Of a stretch of DNA of 64,000 nt, positions 39,418-52,400 are shown piece after piece (position 1 is the first letter of the stretch; every line of letters begins with the position of its first letter). The position numbers and the translations under genes are program-made. This stretch comes from Basidiobolus meristosporus CBS 931.73 (taxonomy: Eukaryota > Fungi > Basidiobolomycota): contig MCFE01000231.1 in NCBI GenBank assembly GCA_002104905.1, forward strand, positions 57,424 to 121,423. The letters run 5' to 3'. The notes under the pieces were generated by a model. That model had not been told where the DNA came from and made no database searches. It saw only the letters and a list, made by a program, of their open reading frames with translations.

Positions 39418-39908
39418 CTATGGATTATGCGATAGTTGTACGGATAGAGTGGTTGAAGATCTGTAGGAAGGAACTGGTTCATTAACTGCCGTATTGTAAC
39501 TAGGGGGGATGGTTTCTTCCTCCGCTTCTGAAACTAGAATCTGGGTCTCTGTCATTGGCCGCAGAGCTGGCAAGTTGGAGCTGACATAGTCGGTATATGT
39601 CGGATAGGCCGTAAGAGGACCTCCCACCGCAGGAGAGACTGCAGGCGAGAGAGCCTTGCGACTGTGATGGATTTTGCGCAGATAGAATAAGCCCTGTTGT
39701 CATGTAAGTGCTAAATCGAGTACTGAGGTTGCTTTTGTCAAAACCTTACCCTATAGAGAATGTACAAGGCTATGTATGTGCACATGGTGATTACCAGGTC
39801 GCGTATCTTCGGCCGCTTCAGATATATATGACATATTATCAAAACCAATAACAGAATCAGACCGAACACGGTGATACCAATCTGAACTGACTTGAAGTGT
39901 GAATGCAT
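39418..39908 (-). CDS. 144-aa two-TM protein with a PPSY motif, 2 exons (not captured by the ORF track)
   Basis: ATG 39908. Exon 1 39908-39750 is 53 codons (MHSHFKSVQIGITVFGLILLLVLIIC...MCTYIALYILYR). Intron GTAAGG..AACAG. Exon 2 39693-39418 is 92 codons (GLFYLRK...IPPSYNTAVNEPVPSY...). Both junctions are phase 0. Confidence 0.75.
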
Positions 39909-42900
39909 TGTTGATTACGAAGGGTAGAAAGAAAGGAAAGGAAAGGCAGAGAAAGGCGGTTACATTCAAAGAAATCAAATATTTGAAAACAGGCATGGAA
40001 CGAAGGCCGTTGAATCCATATTGGATCTATATCTAATTTCAGACCTTGGTGTTTGTGTAGCTTCGTCTACCTCTTGATTAATTGCCAATAACCGGCATTC
40101 ATTCGTGGTGAACACATGATTCTACCGTGGAAGGTAATGAGGATCAGAAATTTGGAGTTATTAGAGTTGGCTTTAGCTTTTTGGTTTTTGAGTTGAGAAA
40201 CCCTAATTGTTACCGTTGGAGCCTAGCCCGTTGTCCAATCGGCTATTTTCTGATCGGTATTTTACCTGGAACTGGAAAAACGGCAAATTACGAAACCAGT
40301 TTAACATTTCCAACTGGAAACCTAGCTTCCTTTCTTTTGTCAACACAATTTAACACTGAGAATCAAGATGAAGATCACATACTTGCTTGAAGCGCAGAAT
40401 CGTTGTTTCAGCGCTACAATCTATGGATATCAGCATCTACGTATCTCTATTGTTGAACTCGGTGTAGCACCGTATAGGCAACATCCATTGGTAGCTGGAT
40501 TTTCTATCTGATTACAAAGGTCTCAGGAAGGTGACGAACTCGGTCCAATGCACCTGAATTAGCCAAGATTTACCAGAGCTTCCATGGATACGAATCTAAA
40601 AATATTGAGTCTTCGCTTGATAATTCCACAAGCGAACAACACTGGAAATACGAATCCAGCCTCCTTTCGTGGGAGCCGCGGTGAGGTTACAGAACAAACC
40701 ACCTTATGAGGCGAGGGTTGGGGGTATTTTCAAGGAATGAAGCGCATAGAGCGTCTTGATCTGTTGAGCAAAGATAGAGTGTATGTAATCTTGGGGAATC
40801 TTTGTGGAAGCCAGTGGAGATTTGTGCTGTGGAAGATTGGGGTCTTCTGGGCAACTCATCCAGTACCGCGCAACACTATCAGCGGAATACGCCCTGAATC
40901 ATTGAAGAGATTTACCCCTTTGGTAGATATTTGTGTGGCTCAGTATACTACCGTGCTGTAGTGGGCGTCGGAGTTTTGGGTGACAGATCTACTTCAGAAT
41001 TTTCAAAATTTTGATGAATTTGAAAATAGAGTCCACTAGATGAACTATGGATTCGTGATATATGGGTAGTTTGGCGCGATACTGATTCTTGACGACGTAT
41101 TGTTTGAATGCTAACTTGTCTTTTGCATATGCATTTCTACCATAAGAAAATTTCAGGACACTTCGAAGATCAAAATATCCGACACTCATTTAGATCAGAT
41201 GTGCTTGTAACCGGGGGTGGTGCGCTTGCTACTGAATATATGGTGCTGAACTCGATTGGACCCACTCCTGGCAGTCTTTGGACATAGCTCTTCATGCAAC
41301 TATAAAAATCAACTTGGCTACATTGGAGTGATGCCAGGAGGCACACTATGGTAGACTATGGTTGCCAATCCAAAAGATTCCTATTTTCTTGCAGTATGAT
41401 TCTGTATACATCTTTTCATGACTTTCTACAATCAATCACGATATTGAACTCTACCATGCTCTATAAATGTATAATATTTTACTTAAACCTGACAACCCAA
41501 AAAGGGTATCTACAACTTTATCTATTTACCACCCAGCTACTCTTAGCAGGTAAAGTGCACTGGGCTGGCAGTGTGGCCAAAGATTCTCAGATGAGAGCCA
41601 CATTGGTAAAGGGTGATTTTTTTATTTGGTCATGATATAAGGGCCGCATCTATCTGGAAGCTTGTGCAGTACAAGTGGCTGTACACTGCTGAAACTACTT
41701 AGTCTAATGTCTAATGCCTATTGTAGTTACTTGGCTTACAAGCTATTCATATACCATAAGACTCTATTTAGCGCATTGCTGAATTATGAGCTATCTACTT
41801 AGGACTTAGTCCATAGAATAATAACTAATTCTTAGAATTGGTGAAGGCCTGGAAGATATCAGAATTTCCAGGCTTGTCCCAAAGACCTCAAACTATGTAC
41901 ACTACTTCCAGGGGCCATTCTTGAAGCATCCTTATCCTTGGTTTCACGAAGCGCTCTTCAAAGTACGATTAGTCTATTAGAACTCTGTAAAACAAGTGAG
42001 TATCATAAATTCTAGTTTCCCAAATCGCTTCCCATACTCCCTAGAATCTTGCAACAATACCGAGGATACTCATATATCATAGCCAATTGCCAATCTATGA
42101 ACACATGGCCCAAGTGGAAACTTCAGACTTGGTCCACAAGATGGTAGCTAACTCACCGAATTAGTCCAGTCCTGGAAGCTGTCAGAATTTTTAAACTCGT
42201 CGGAATACTTAAAGCCTTGCACACAGTTCCTTTAGATCTTTCTCGAGACACTCAGACTATTAGTGCTATGAAGGGTGCCTAGAAACTGCTCATCCATCCC
42301 CAATAAACCAATAAGCGGGTATCGTGCAAATCTTTTAGTCCTCTCGATCACTTCCAGTACTCCCCAAAACCTTGCAGCATACTCCGCTACACCATGGACA
42401 ATACATGTAATATATAATATGCTAAAGGATTTTGCTCTTATATTATTCATGCACCATAATTTATACTCGATTTGCTAGAAATTTATTGCATTTTACCGAT
42501 TATTCGTGATCGTTGAATCAATAGAAAGATGGAAAATCGTCGGCTAACCAAAAGACCCCAAAGATTGTCTACATTCCACGGCCTTTCACAGCATATTAGA
42601 CTAGTATTTTTACGAGGTTTTCAGACAGTCTAAACATCTCAATGCTTTCTACTAATAATTACCATATCGCTTCCAAGTCTCAGTGCAACATCCAAAGTGA
42701 AGCCCATCTTTGGGAACCATCATTGTTGCAAAGGATTGATAATGCCACATTTCACATTACTTCCCCATAATCTCACGCAAAACGTTTGCTTGGAGCACCT
42801 GCAGAGGATCATTGACAAGGGATTCTCGGTGTTCTCTGGACGAAGAAAATTCGCAAATGGTATCATATAATCAGTGTTTGGTATTTCGAGTGAGGTGCAT

Positions 42901-43477
42901 CTCAATGATAAATTGCCAGAAAGCTAATCGTATATTGAATGATATGTAATCGGAGTTGGTACTCCATAGATCCGACATATTCCTTTGTGGTGGGCCTTCG
43001 AAGTACTGCCAATCTTGATCTCATGATGTACGTAATATAAATGGGATCCCCTCTTACCCCTACGGTTGAGGGCATCTACGATGATAAAACGGACTACTAT
43101 ATCAAGGAAGATGGCTAATTGCGACCCTCAACCCATCCAGATCGTTGATGAATCTTCTGCAACGGCTACTCCCTGGATGCTTGATTCGGCCTGCCCTAAG
43201 ATGCTACGCCCATCTGTGACACAGACCTGTGCTACGCATCAATATCATAGAAAGGGATCTGTGGATGTCCCCGACACACAAAATATACGTTCGTATTAGT
43301 GACCCAGCACAGTCTCCGACTCGTCGACACGTACATTCACAAAAGAAAGGAAAAAACATTCCTGGTTCGGGGTGGGGAAAGCGTTACCGAAGCTCATAGA
43401 AAAGGACGGAAAAGCGGCCTGTGGGCTTGCACCATGGCAGCTCTCTACAACAACGGATCGAACCGCACTATTTTATT

Positions 43478-44424
43478 TTAATGATGTCTAGAGTGAGATG
43501 GGTCGGAGAAAGAAAGGGTATTAAGCTCATATTCTAGTGGTACGTAGTTTTTATCGTCAAAAGTCGTGGTGAAGACCTTGGGGGGCCGTGATGGATTTGA
43601 TACGGCAGCTGAGTTGGTGTTGGATAGGCCAGTTGACGTCTTTTTGCGCCACTCGTGGGAATGAAGCAGCTGCTCAGTCATCAGCTTTGATGCTATGGTC
43701 CCTAGAAACGTGAGGAAAGTTCAGTACGCGATCGATGATTTGCACGCTTCGGTGGGCTCTTACATTCGAAAAACAGCATCTCGGTGTGCTGGGCAATGTG
43801 GAAAATATATAGCAAAGTTATGACAAAGTATATCACGCACCGAGATAGGGCAAATATAAGCCCGTCCCGGATCAGCGAGCTGTAGAAGAAAGCAGGGTTG
43901 AACTTGTGGGTGCGGTAAAGTGTAAGCAAGAATATTACGGTCAAGAAGCCGATAATCACCGCTTCCGTCGACAACAACCCAATCAACCACAGCTCGTTGC
44001 TGATCATCTCGCAGTACCCGTAGGATCTCGTCATGATGCTCGTGTTCACCACAATCATTATCCAACAGCCCATATGGACCATACGGAGCAGAACATGGGT
44101 AGCCAGGATGAAATAGTTGGACCTAGTTGTGTAGTAGGCTTTCATGAACAAGATCATGTCAATGAGCACTATGGAAAGATATGAGCAAGCGCCATAGACA
44201 TAGTTTCGTGCATTGCAATCGAAGAGGACCCCCAATCCGCCGAAAAGCTGTATGACAGCGTTGAGTAGAAGTAGCAAGGACTGTACCAAGTTCAACTTGT
44301 AAATAGGAGGATTGTTTTTTCGAACCATTCTAATGGAATCCCAGGTGTTGCTTATAGCAATAGGGAGTGCCATAGCAGCTATTACATTATTGAAGTTGGC
44401 GTGAAATATGGCGTCAGAGTCCAT
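43478..44424 (-). CDS. Orphan seven-TM (GPCR-like) membrane protein, 2 exons
   Basis: ATG 44424 (MDSDAIFHANF) and seven hydrophobic segments. Intron GTAAG..CTAG 43763-43702 joins FFE|WTIASKLMTEQLL to a polar S/T-rich tail. Confidence 0.75.
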
Positions 44425-46329
44425 ACTGAGCTGTTCCTTGATGCCCGTATGAACCTGACTACGTGGCAGAGAGAACAAGGGGGATAGCCAGTGACGGCTT
44501 GGGAGCTTCGAGGATGATGGATTGCCGCAAGCTCCAAGTACCAGGCAAGGTGCAAGTGAAGATATTGAGGTTGCTAAATGGACACCGACTGCATTGGGCA
44601 AATAGTAACTAATGTCGCTCTGGCCCAATTTATACTCGACTTGCATTTCACAATGACCCGAGGAGTGTGGAAAGAGGAAAAAAATACCAGAAATGGATGA
44701 AGGCCCAGCAGCGATTGGTATATGCTTGAAACCCATATTCTGAGACATGCATTGGATCCTAATCCAAGATATCACATATAAATGGACAGAGTATCTACTC
44801 AGTTGAACGCAATTATTGTATTTCACAGATAGTTAGGTGGCTCACCAATGACGACGGGTGTATGTAAATTGGACCAGGTGGCATCGCCACTACTCGCTCA
44901 TGGACGAATGACGCTACAGAGCATGCGAGATTTTGGTTGGCACCAGAGGCTGCTCCGATACCTGGTCGTTCAATTCTGCTTGGTACTATCCACGAGGGTC
45001 AACACAGACCAATTGGCCGTGTCATGGCCAAGGAAATTCACTTAACTTCCTGATGTCATTGCCACGTTGAAATACACTGTCAGCACGCTGGTGATGAAAC
45101 ACCCGTTGATTGATTCCATCGGACAGGAGCTCCCGTGCCAAGTTCTCACCGTATCCACGACTGCATCCTGAGCCCTGTTCTAAACGCTGTAGCGAAGACA
45201 CTGGTGCATTGGACGGAACGAACTTCATACACGGTTGAGGCTCACGAGCTGGCTCGTGGTTAGGTGTTGGGTAAGGTGGGCCAGTTTGTACGAAAGGCGC
45301 GACGTTTCCTCCGGGAGCGTGTGCCATTTAACCACGGAATCGAAGACTCGTGGCTGATTGCATCAAACGGCTGAGAACTTACACCTAAACTTACATTGAT
45401 TGCCATGAATAAGGTATTGTAAGGCTTTGGGATAGATGCTTACGATGAGCAATCAATGAGCCAATTATAGCAGCAGAATAAATCGCCTATCTTATCTGAT
45501 ATGTGTCAAAGCCAAGCAAAGTGGTGAGGCTAATCTCAATTCACCATTTTCGGTTAAATGCAATCAATAGAGCTTAACTATTAGGCTGGCTTGATGGAAG
45601 ATCCAAACAAGTGCCAGTAGAGGGCGGAAGAACGTATAGCCCAACCTTAAAACTTTCTCATGCCAGATTTTGCGCAGTTAGACTGAGCATACATTGTGGG
45701 GAAGCTGCAGCAGGCGAAGGCCTATTTGAGGGGGTTAATCGGACTGAGGCCAACGAACTTTTTGGGGTGAGGGCCAATGTTACGTTAATACCAGCAGTGT
45801 ACTACACGCTAAAAGGGTGACAACACTGATCACACACTCACACCAACAAATCTACCCTAGACTTCGTGTAACATTTCCCCTCCCAAGAAGATCACTATTT
45901 TCTTGTCCGACAAATAACGCACAAGAGTCGACAACATTTGTGGTTCCCACCTGGATCGACATATGTAATATGTATGCGGGCCAGAATATGATGGTGTAAC
46001 GGTGCTAATCCAATACATACAGGATTTCTGCATATATTCTCACCCAACACCTATTGTAGGTAGTAAACCTGTCTGATTGCAAATCGGATCTTGACCCAGT
46101 GCAGTTCCAGTGGTATCATGAAAAGAAGGCACTGTATGGTGCTCAATGAGGTGGGACGAATGAAAGCGACAAGGCATGTCCTGGATTTTTGGATCAGACG
46201 CATTACTACAAGGTTTGTTTGTCAGCCCGAATTGCTCAGATGTACTGTTTCCTATCTCGCTTGGCCGAGTTTAGCTCCTGGGTAGCTGTTTGCCTGGCAC
46301 GCTGTGAACAATGATTATCCCAAACCTGG

Positions 46330-47160
46330 GGAGGGTTGGTTGAAGTCTCAAATCGATTCTTCAAATACAAGTTCAAGTATTACAGACCAGTTAGCAGTTA
46401 GTTCATGCTTATACCATTAGATAGATTCATATTTCGACTGCATGCATTAGCCGTCCTGTCAGCAGGCCGTGTGTAACAGAATGCATCACTGCCAAATTTA
46501 CATGTGAGACAAATAACTTTGCCTTGAACGTTGTCCTGGTGTACATTTCCCAGAACCCACACATATGACTATTCCCTTGGAATGTTCAGTTGAGTCTGCG
46601 TGGTGTTATGGCGTTACAACAACAGGCTTTAGAGATATCAAATGTCAGATGTTAGGGAATACGGCTGAATTGGTGCGTGCTGCATAGTAGAATAAATGCT
46701 TCAAAGATAGGTCTTCTTGCATAGAATCCGCTTTAATAGACCTGGTATACTACTGCAAATCCATTTGTAGTCACTAGAGGATAGCGAAGAGATGAGATGC
46801 TCTAAAGTGATCAAGCCTATGTTTCTCTTAATGTGCTGATGCAACCTCTGGTGCTTGAGTGTACTTTTCAACTGTGTTATAATCAAATAAAAAAATGTGA
46901 AGTGCAGAGAATGAGATCTGGCATATGTAGCCGCTTTCTCAATGGATATTCTCTAGTGCAGTTGCATCAAACTTGAAACGTAGGGGCAATTTGTGTTCTG
47001 TAGGACCCGAAAACACATATATTATGATTCTGCCAGGGCATTGTACAACTAATAATGCTGTGACATTGTGAGAGCATTCTGGTAAAATAATTCTGTTGAG
47101 TAACCTGAGGCTATGAATCTAATGTAGAACTTGTGGTGACCCAAGTGCCTTTGTAGCTAG
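46330..47160 (-). mobile_element. Possible highly degenerate non-LTR (LINE) RT remnant
   Basis: Minus-strand fragments appear in the expected RT order: KALG (cf. KAPG), SDYKWI..LLKRIL (cf. YRPI..KLLERIL), TFDISKA (cf. FDISKAFD), VQGKVI (cf. xQGSVL), AD. Many stops and frameshifts, so each match is weak. Confidence 0.35.
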
Positions 47161-47664
47161 GATTCTACGCTGATGCAATAGAATATAGTGATACCTGCGT
47201 TACTGTCAAATCAATACAAAATATGTAGTAGAGGGTCCTTGAAAATGATGAGTCAATTCTGGGGGCAATGCACTGGAGAGGATGAAAGCGGGTTAAGGGG
47301 AGTAGTGGTAAATAGTTGCATGCAGTTTAAGCTTTGTTGTAGTTGTGCATCAACATCGAAATTTGGCTGATTTTTACATCCAAGTATTTTTCAAAGCGCC
47401 CTTATTGCTTTTTCCGTGACCCTTTAACAGTTTATTCTTATGATAAGTTAGCAAAGCTATTATTAGGTTATATCTCTAAAGCCTTTGATGCAACAACCTC
47501 TTAGTGTCTTATCTGCTCAGGAAGCGCTTATTATAGATTTTTCATACACTGGGTACTTAATATTGTGGTAAGATATTCAGAATAAGCCTCAACAGAGATT
47601 GTGGGCAAGATTCTATAAGACTCATAGATTATGATCCAAGTAGCCACGTTAATGCAATATCTGC

Positions 47665-47875
47665 TGTAAATCTTTTAGTTACACCTAAATAATCACTTGG
47701 TCACTTATTTCATAGTATACAAATCATAGAGAATTCTGGCAAAATTCCTTGTTTGAATTTACTTGGGGAATTTTCATCTGTACATTAGGTACCCAGCACA
47801 TGAGAAATCTCAAAGTTGTTGGAACAGCTCCAAACTTAGAGCCCATGCTTGTGGGACAGTCCTAAATATACTCTA
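47665..47875 (+). mobile_element. Diverged partial LTR related to the copia LTR
   Basis: Colinear blocks CACCTAAATA, GTCACTTA, AAATTCCTTGTT, AGGTACCCAG.ACATGA, CTCAAAGTTGT and CCAAAC match the 49072-49421 LTR. Confidence 0.7.
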
Positions 47876-47899
47876 CATATTTGTTCTCCAATGTCTTGT

Positions 47900-48297
47900 A
47901 AATGTATAAATACTTAGATCCAGGATCTTCAAATCTGTCTCTAGACAATGACTTTGTCAATACATATAAATCCTTTCATCTGTAGGTCAGTACACTCAGT
48001 TAAATAAGTTATTTTCTGTAGCTTCCCATATGAAATGATGTCCAATATTTACAAGCTTTGTTCCAATGTGGGAAGTTTGAATGCCACCTATTAGTACTCA
48101 TTTGTGATTATCCTGAACTGTATTTATAAAGCATTTCTGACATAAACCTAAATCCTAAAATATGACTCTTAGCCACCATGCTTCCTTTTGGGTGTCACTG
48201 CCTGCCATATACTCTACCTATAAGAAGGCAAGTGCCACCACTAGTTGCTTTCTTGGATTTCATGAGATTGCTCCTTTATAGTATGGATGTTATAAGA
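47900..48297 (-). mobile_element. Older Ty1/copia RNase H fragment (antisense), interrupted by a younger copy
   Basis: Reverse complement resembles GAISWKSKKxxxVALS..EAEYMA, KHxDIxxHFI and PTDE..FTKSLSRDRFE, with stops. Confidence 0.7.
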
Positions 48298-49071
48298 AAT
48301 TTGGCAATATTGGAAGTGATTGGGAGAACATGTCAATTATATGTTTTCACTCAATAATATATTGAAGGTAAGAGTGATACTTATTCTCTTACATGGTCTT
48401 GGCAAGACAAATCTAAAGAATAAGTATAGCAAGGTTCCATGGGCATGTGCGCAAAGTTTGGGGCTATTTGGACAACTATGAGGTATTCCAAATTCTGTGT
48501 ACCTGATATTTTGGTGAAGGTTTTCCAAGTAAATCTTGGCAAGGAGTTTGGTCAGTATTCTCTAGAATTTGAAGGTAATGATTTAAGTGACTAAGTTAGG
48601 TGAATATTTAGGTGGAAATACAAATTTTTACAAAACTCCCACTCAGCTAAATGTTCATACTGACTAGTCCTAATTTTGACACAAGATATTCAAACTTGTT
48701 GCAAGCTAATGGTTTAGTAAATATGTTTGCAATCATTTCATCTGAAGGACAGTATACTAAGCTAACTAAGTTATTCTCTATAGCTTCACTTATGAAATGA
48801 TGTCTAATATCTATGTGCTTAGTTCTAGCTTGAAAAGTTGGATTTCTACCTCATTGTATACATCCTTGATTATCTTGAAATAAAGTAATAGGTGTTTTTT
48901 GACATAGGCCTAAATCTGTAAAAAGCTTTCTTAGCCACATTGCTACTTTTGTAGCTTCAAAGGCTGCCATATACTCTGCCTTTGAGGTAGAAAGTGCTAT
49001 GGTTGGTTGCTTTCTTGAATTCTATGAAATTGCTTCTTCACAGTAAAGAAAGGTGTATCCTCTGGTGGACC
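48298..49071 (-). mobile_element. Antisense 3' fragment of the same copia family: RNase H end, PPT and LTR
   Basis: Reverse complement is colinear with ~52972-53747. PPT GCTGAGTGGGGAG at 48648-48636 and LTR at 48635-48298 (TTTTGTAAAAATTTG...CTTATAACA). Confidence 0.9.
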
Positions 49072-49421
49072 TTTTGTAAAAATTTGTAATTCCACCTAAA
49101 TATTCACCTAACTTTGTCACTTAGATCATTACCCTTAAATCCTAGAGAATACTGACCAAATTCCTTGTTGGGATTTACTTAGAATATTTTCACCAAAATA
49201 CCAGGTACCCAGAACATGAAAATTCTCAAAGTTGTCCAAACAGCGCCAAACCTTGCACACATGTTCTTAGGACCTTCCTTAGCCTATTCTACATGTTTGT
49301 AATGCCAAGACCAGGTAAAAGTATAAATACTACTTTTACATTCAATAAATCATTAAGTGAAAACCACAAAATCTACTTGTCCTCCCAAATCACTTCCAAT
49401 ATCTCCAAGACTCTTACAACA
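49072..49421 (+). repeat. 5' LTR
   Basis: TTTTGTAAAAATTTG...CTCTTACAACA, with about 17-18 differences from the 3' LTR by eye. Confidence 0.95.
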
Positions 49422-49433
49422 GGTTATGAGCCC
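49422..49433 (+). promoter_or_regulatory. Primer-binding site GGTTATGAGCCC
   Basis: Immediately follows the LTR's terminal CA and is one mismatch from the Drosophila copia-type PBS GGTTATGGGCCC. Confidence 0.85.
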
Positions 49434-49452
49434 CAAGCTGTCACTCTCTGCA

Positions 49453-52400
49453 ATGTCTACTACTGCTATTACTGGAATTTTTCCCTCTGCTGAAAAGTTG
49501 GATGGATCCAACAACCAAGTGTGGAAGGTGAAGATGAAGATGCTGCTACAAGAAAGAGGCCTTTGGGATATTGTCATGGGAGAGGAATGCCCTCCTAAAA
49601 ACGTGGGAGAGGAAGCCTTAAAGTACCAGAAGAAAGAACAAAGTGCCTTTAACTGCATTTGCCTTAATGTCAATGACAAATTGCTAATTCAATGCTCAAG
49701 AGCATAAACGGCAAAGAATGCCTGGAAAGCATTAGAAGACACCAACCAGTCATGTTCAGCTGCTAAGAAAATGTATCTGAGACAAAAATTCTTTATTACA
49801 AAGATGCTACCAGGAGAAGAAATGAAAAATCTAATTAACAGAATTACCCTGCTGGTAGATGAAATGAAATCTGTGGGCATACTAACTACTGATGAGGATG
49901 TGATAGTTACCATCCTGAATAGCCTGACAGACAAGTTTCAGGGCCTTGTATCAGCCCTAGAGTCCAGAACTGAAGATTTGACCTTAAATTACGTATATGG
50001 AAGGCTCTTGGATGACAAATTAAGAAAATCAAGCTCCAATAAGAAGGAAGAAGAAAATGCTTTAATAAGCAATGATAACAAACAAAGGAGGTACCCAAGA
50101 CCCTACAAAGGCAACAGCAACCTATTTTGCAACTACTGCAAAAGGAAAGGACACATATCAGACCGGTGTCTCAAAAAAAAGATAATCAGCAAAAGAAGCC
50201 TGAATATGGAAATGCTGCAACAACTGAAGATAGACTATTCATATCTGCACTAAATGTGACCACAAACAAGGATTCTCAGACATGGTACATGGACTCTGGA
50301 GCATCTCAACACTTTACACACCAAAAAGAACTTTTTACCCAATATCAAGAAATTCCAATTAAGAAGGTTTTCATGGGTGACAATAGAACACTTGATGCAG
50401 TGGGAGAAGGAACTATCCAAGTAAACCTTAGAAGCAGTGAAGGAAGCCATACACTGACCTTTAAAGAAGTACTCTATGTACCAGAAATAGCCAAGAACCT
50501 ACTCTCTGTAAGTAAGGCCACAGCAGAAGGACTCAGTTTCAGTTTTGACAATTCTGGATGCAGGATCACTGATCAAAATGGTGCCCATATTACTTCAGGC
50601 ATCAGAGATCAGAATCTATACAAGTTGACTTATATTCCATCATATTTGGAAGCCAATATAAGTAACTTAAATGAAGAAACACCAATGCTTTGGCACAGGA
50701 GATTTGGACACATCAATTTTGATTATTTGCGTAAAATGATCAAAGATCAGCTAATTTCTGGAGTGAAAATTGATCCCCCAGCTAATTTGGAGCACTGTGA
50801 AGCCTGCATATATGGGAAATAAGCCAGACAACCGTTCAAGAGCTCTGGTTTAATCAAAACTAAGAAAAAATCAGATCTAATTCACTCAGATCTGTGTGGA
50901 CCTATACAAAATTTATCCTTAGGCAGGATGAAGTATTTAATCACTTTTATTGATGATTATACAAGATACACATGGGTCTACTTCATGGAGAGAAAGGAAG
51001 AAGCTCTGTCTAAGCTCAGGGAGTTCAAAGCCATGGTGGAGAGAGAAACTGGTGAAAAAATCAAGCAAATACGCTCGGACAATGGTGGAGAATATACCTC
51101 AAAACTCTTCATCCACTTCTGCAAAATTCATGGGATAAAGCAAGAGACTACTGTTCCATACTCCCCACAGCAAAATGGAGTAGCAGAACAAGCTAACAGA
51201 TCAATAACTGATATGGCAAGATCTATGATCCATGATCAAAAATTATCCTATGATTTTTGGGTGGAATCAGTTGCCACTGCTGTATACCTTAAAAATAGGG
51301 GTTATAACAGAATACTTTGTGATTCTACTCCATGTGAAGCATTTCATGGATACAGACCAAGTGCAGAACATCCAAGAATATTTGGGTGTACAGCATATGC
51401 CAAAAAACTGGCCAGATATCAGTCAAAATTTGAGCCAAAAAGTGTAAAATGCATATTTTCGGGCTACTGCAATGAGAGTAAGGCATACAGACTCTACAAT
51501 ACCAAAGCAAAGAAGCTGATCAAATCCAGGGATGTGTTGTTTGATGAAAATTCAAAATTTACACAAAAAATTACATCAGATGATGACAAAAATTTGATCT
51601 CAAGTCCACCAATTGTAAGGATTAAATCAGAGCAAAACAATGAAAATTTTTTCACTACAGAGGACTCTACAACTGTGGTTCAGCCAGAATCAGTGCCTAG
51701 GAATAACCCAGAAGTGATCATTCCAGTATCAAATGCCTGGAGATCCAATCGGACAAGAAATAGCCCAAATTACTATATCAATGAGGGTACAAACTTAGCC
51801 TATGCCTGCTCAGTCCATATTAATGAACCCCAGACTGTAAAAGAGGCCCTAAATAGCTCTCAGACAAGGTTTTGGAGATCTGCAATGACTGAGGAATATC
51901 AGGCCCTAATGGAAAATCAAACTTGGGACTTAGACAAATTACCAATCAACCAAAAATCAATTGGATGCAGACGGGTCTTCAAGACAAAATACAAGGCTGA
52001 TGGTACAATTGAAAGATACTAAGCAAGAATTGTAGCCAAAGGATATTCTCAAGCAAAAGGACTTGACTATACTGAGACCTTTGCACCGGTAGCCAAGTTT
52101 AATTCCACCAGATTAATATTGGCTATTGCAGCCAAATATAAGTTTTTTATTCATCAAATGGATGAAAAAACTGCATTTTTGAATGGAGAACTTGATGAGG
52201 ACGTGTATATGGACCAGTCTGATGGGTTTGTTGACCAAGATAACCCCCATTTGGTCTGCAAGCTTAAAAAGTTACTATCTGGTCTCAAACAATCACCGAG
52301 AGCCTGGAATTGCAAGATAGATTCTTATTTGGGATATTTGAGTTTCAAAAGGAGTAATGCTGACTATAGTATATACTATAAGCCAGATAGAGCAAATCCA

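Noticed and set aside
40400-43400. Fragments suggestive of P450 (LPIYHESIVHLVDSI), HSP70-like (IFLCGG) or integrase (TNRTLK) sequence
   Set aside because: Single short motifs on inconsistent strands with no supporting neighbours; cannot be assigned without a profile search.
45022-45327. Minus-strand ORF containing GYGENLA, a CAP/PR-1-like motif
   Set aside because: No upstream HN..R motif and no downstream GHFTQ/VW motif in any frame I could read; treated as a chance match.
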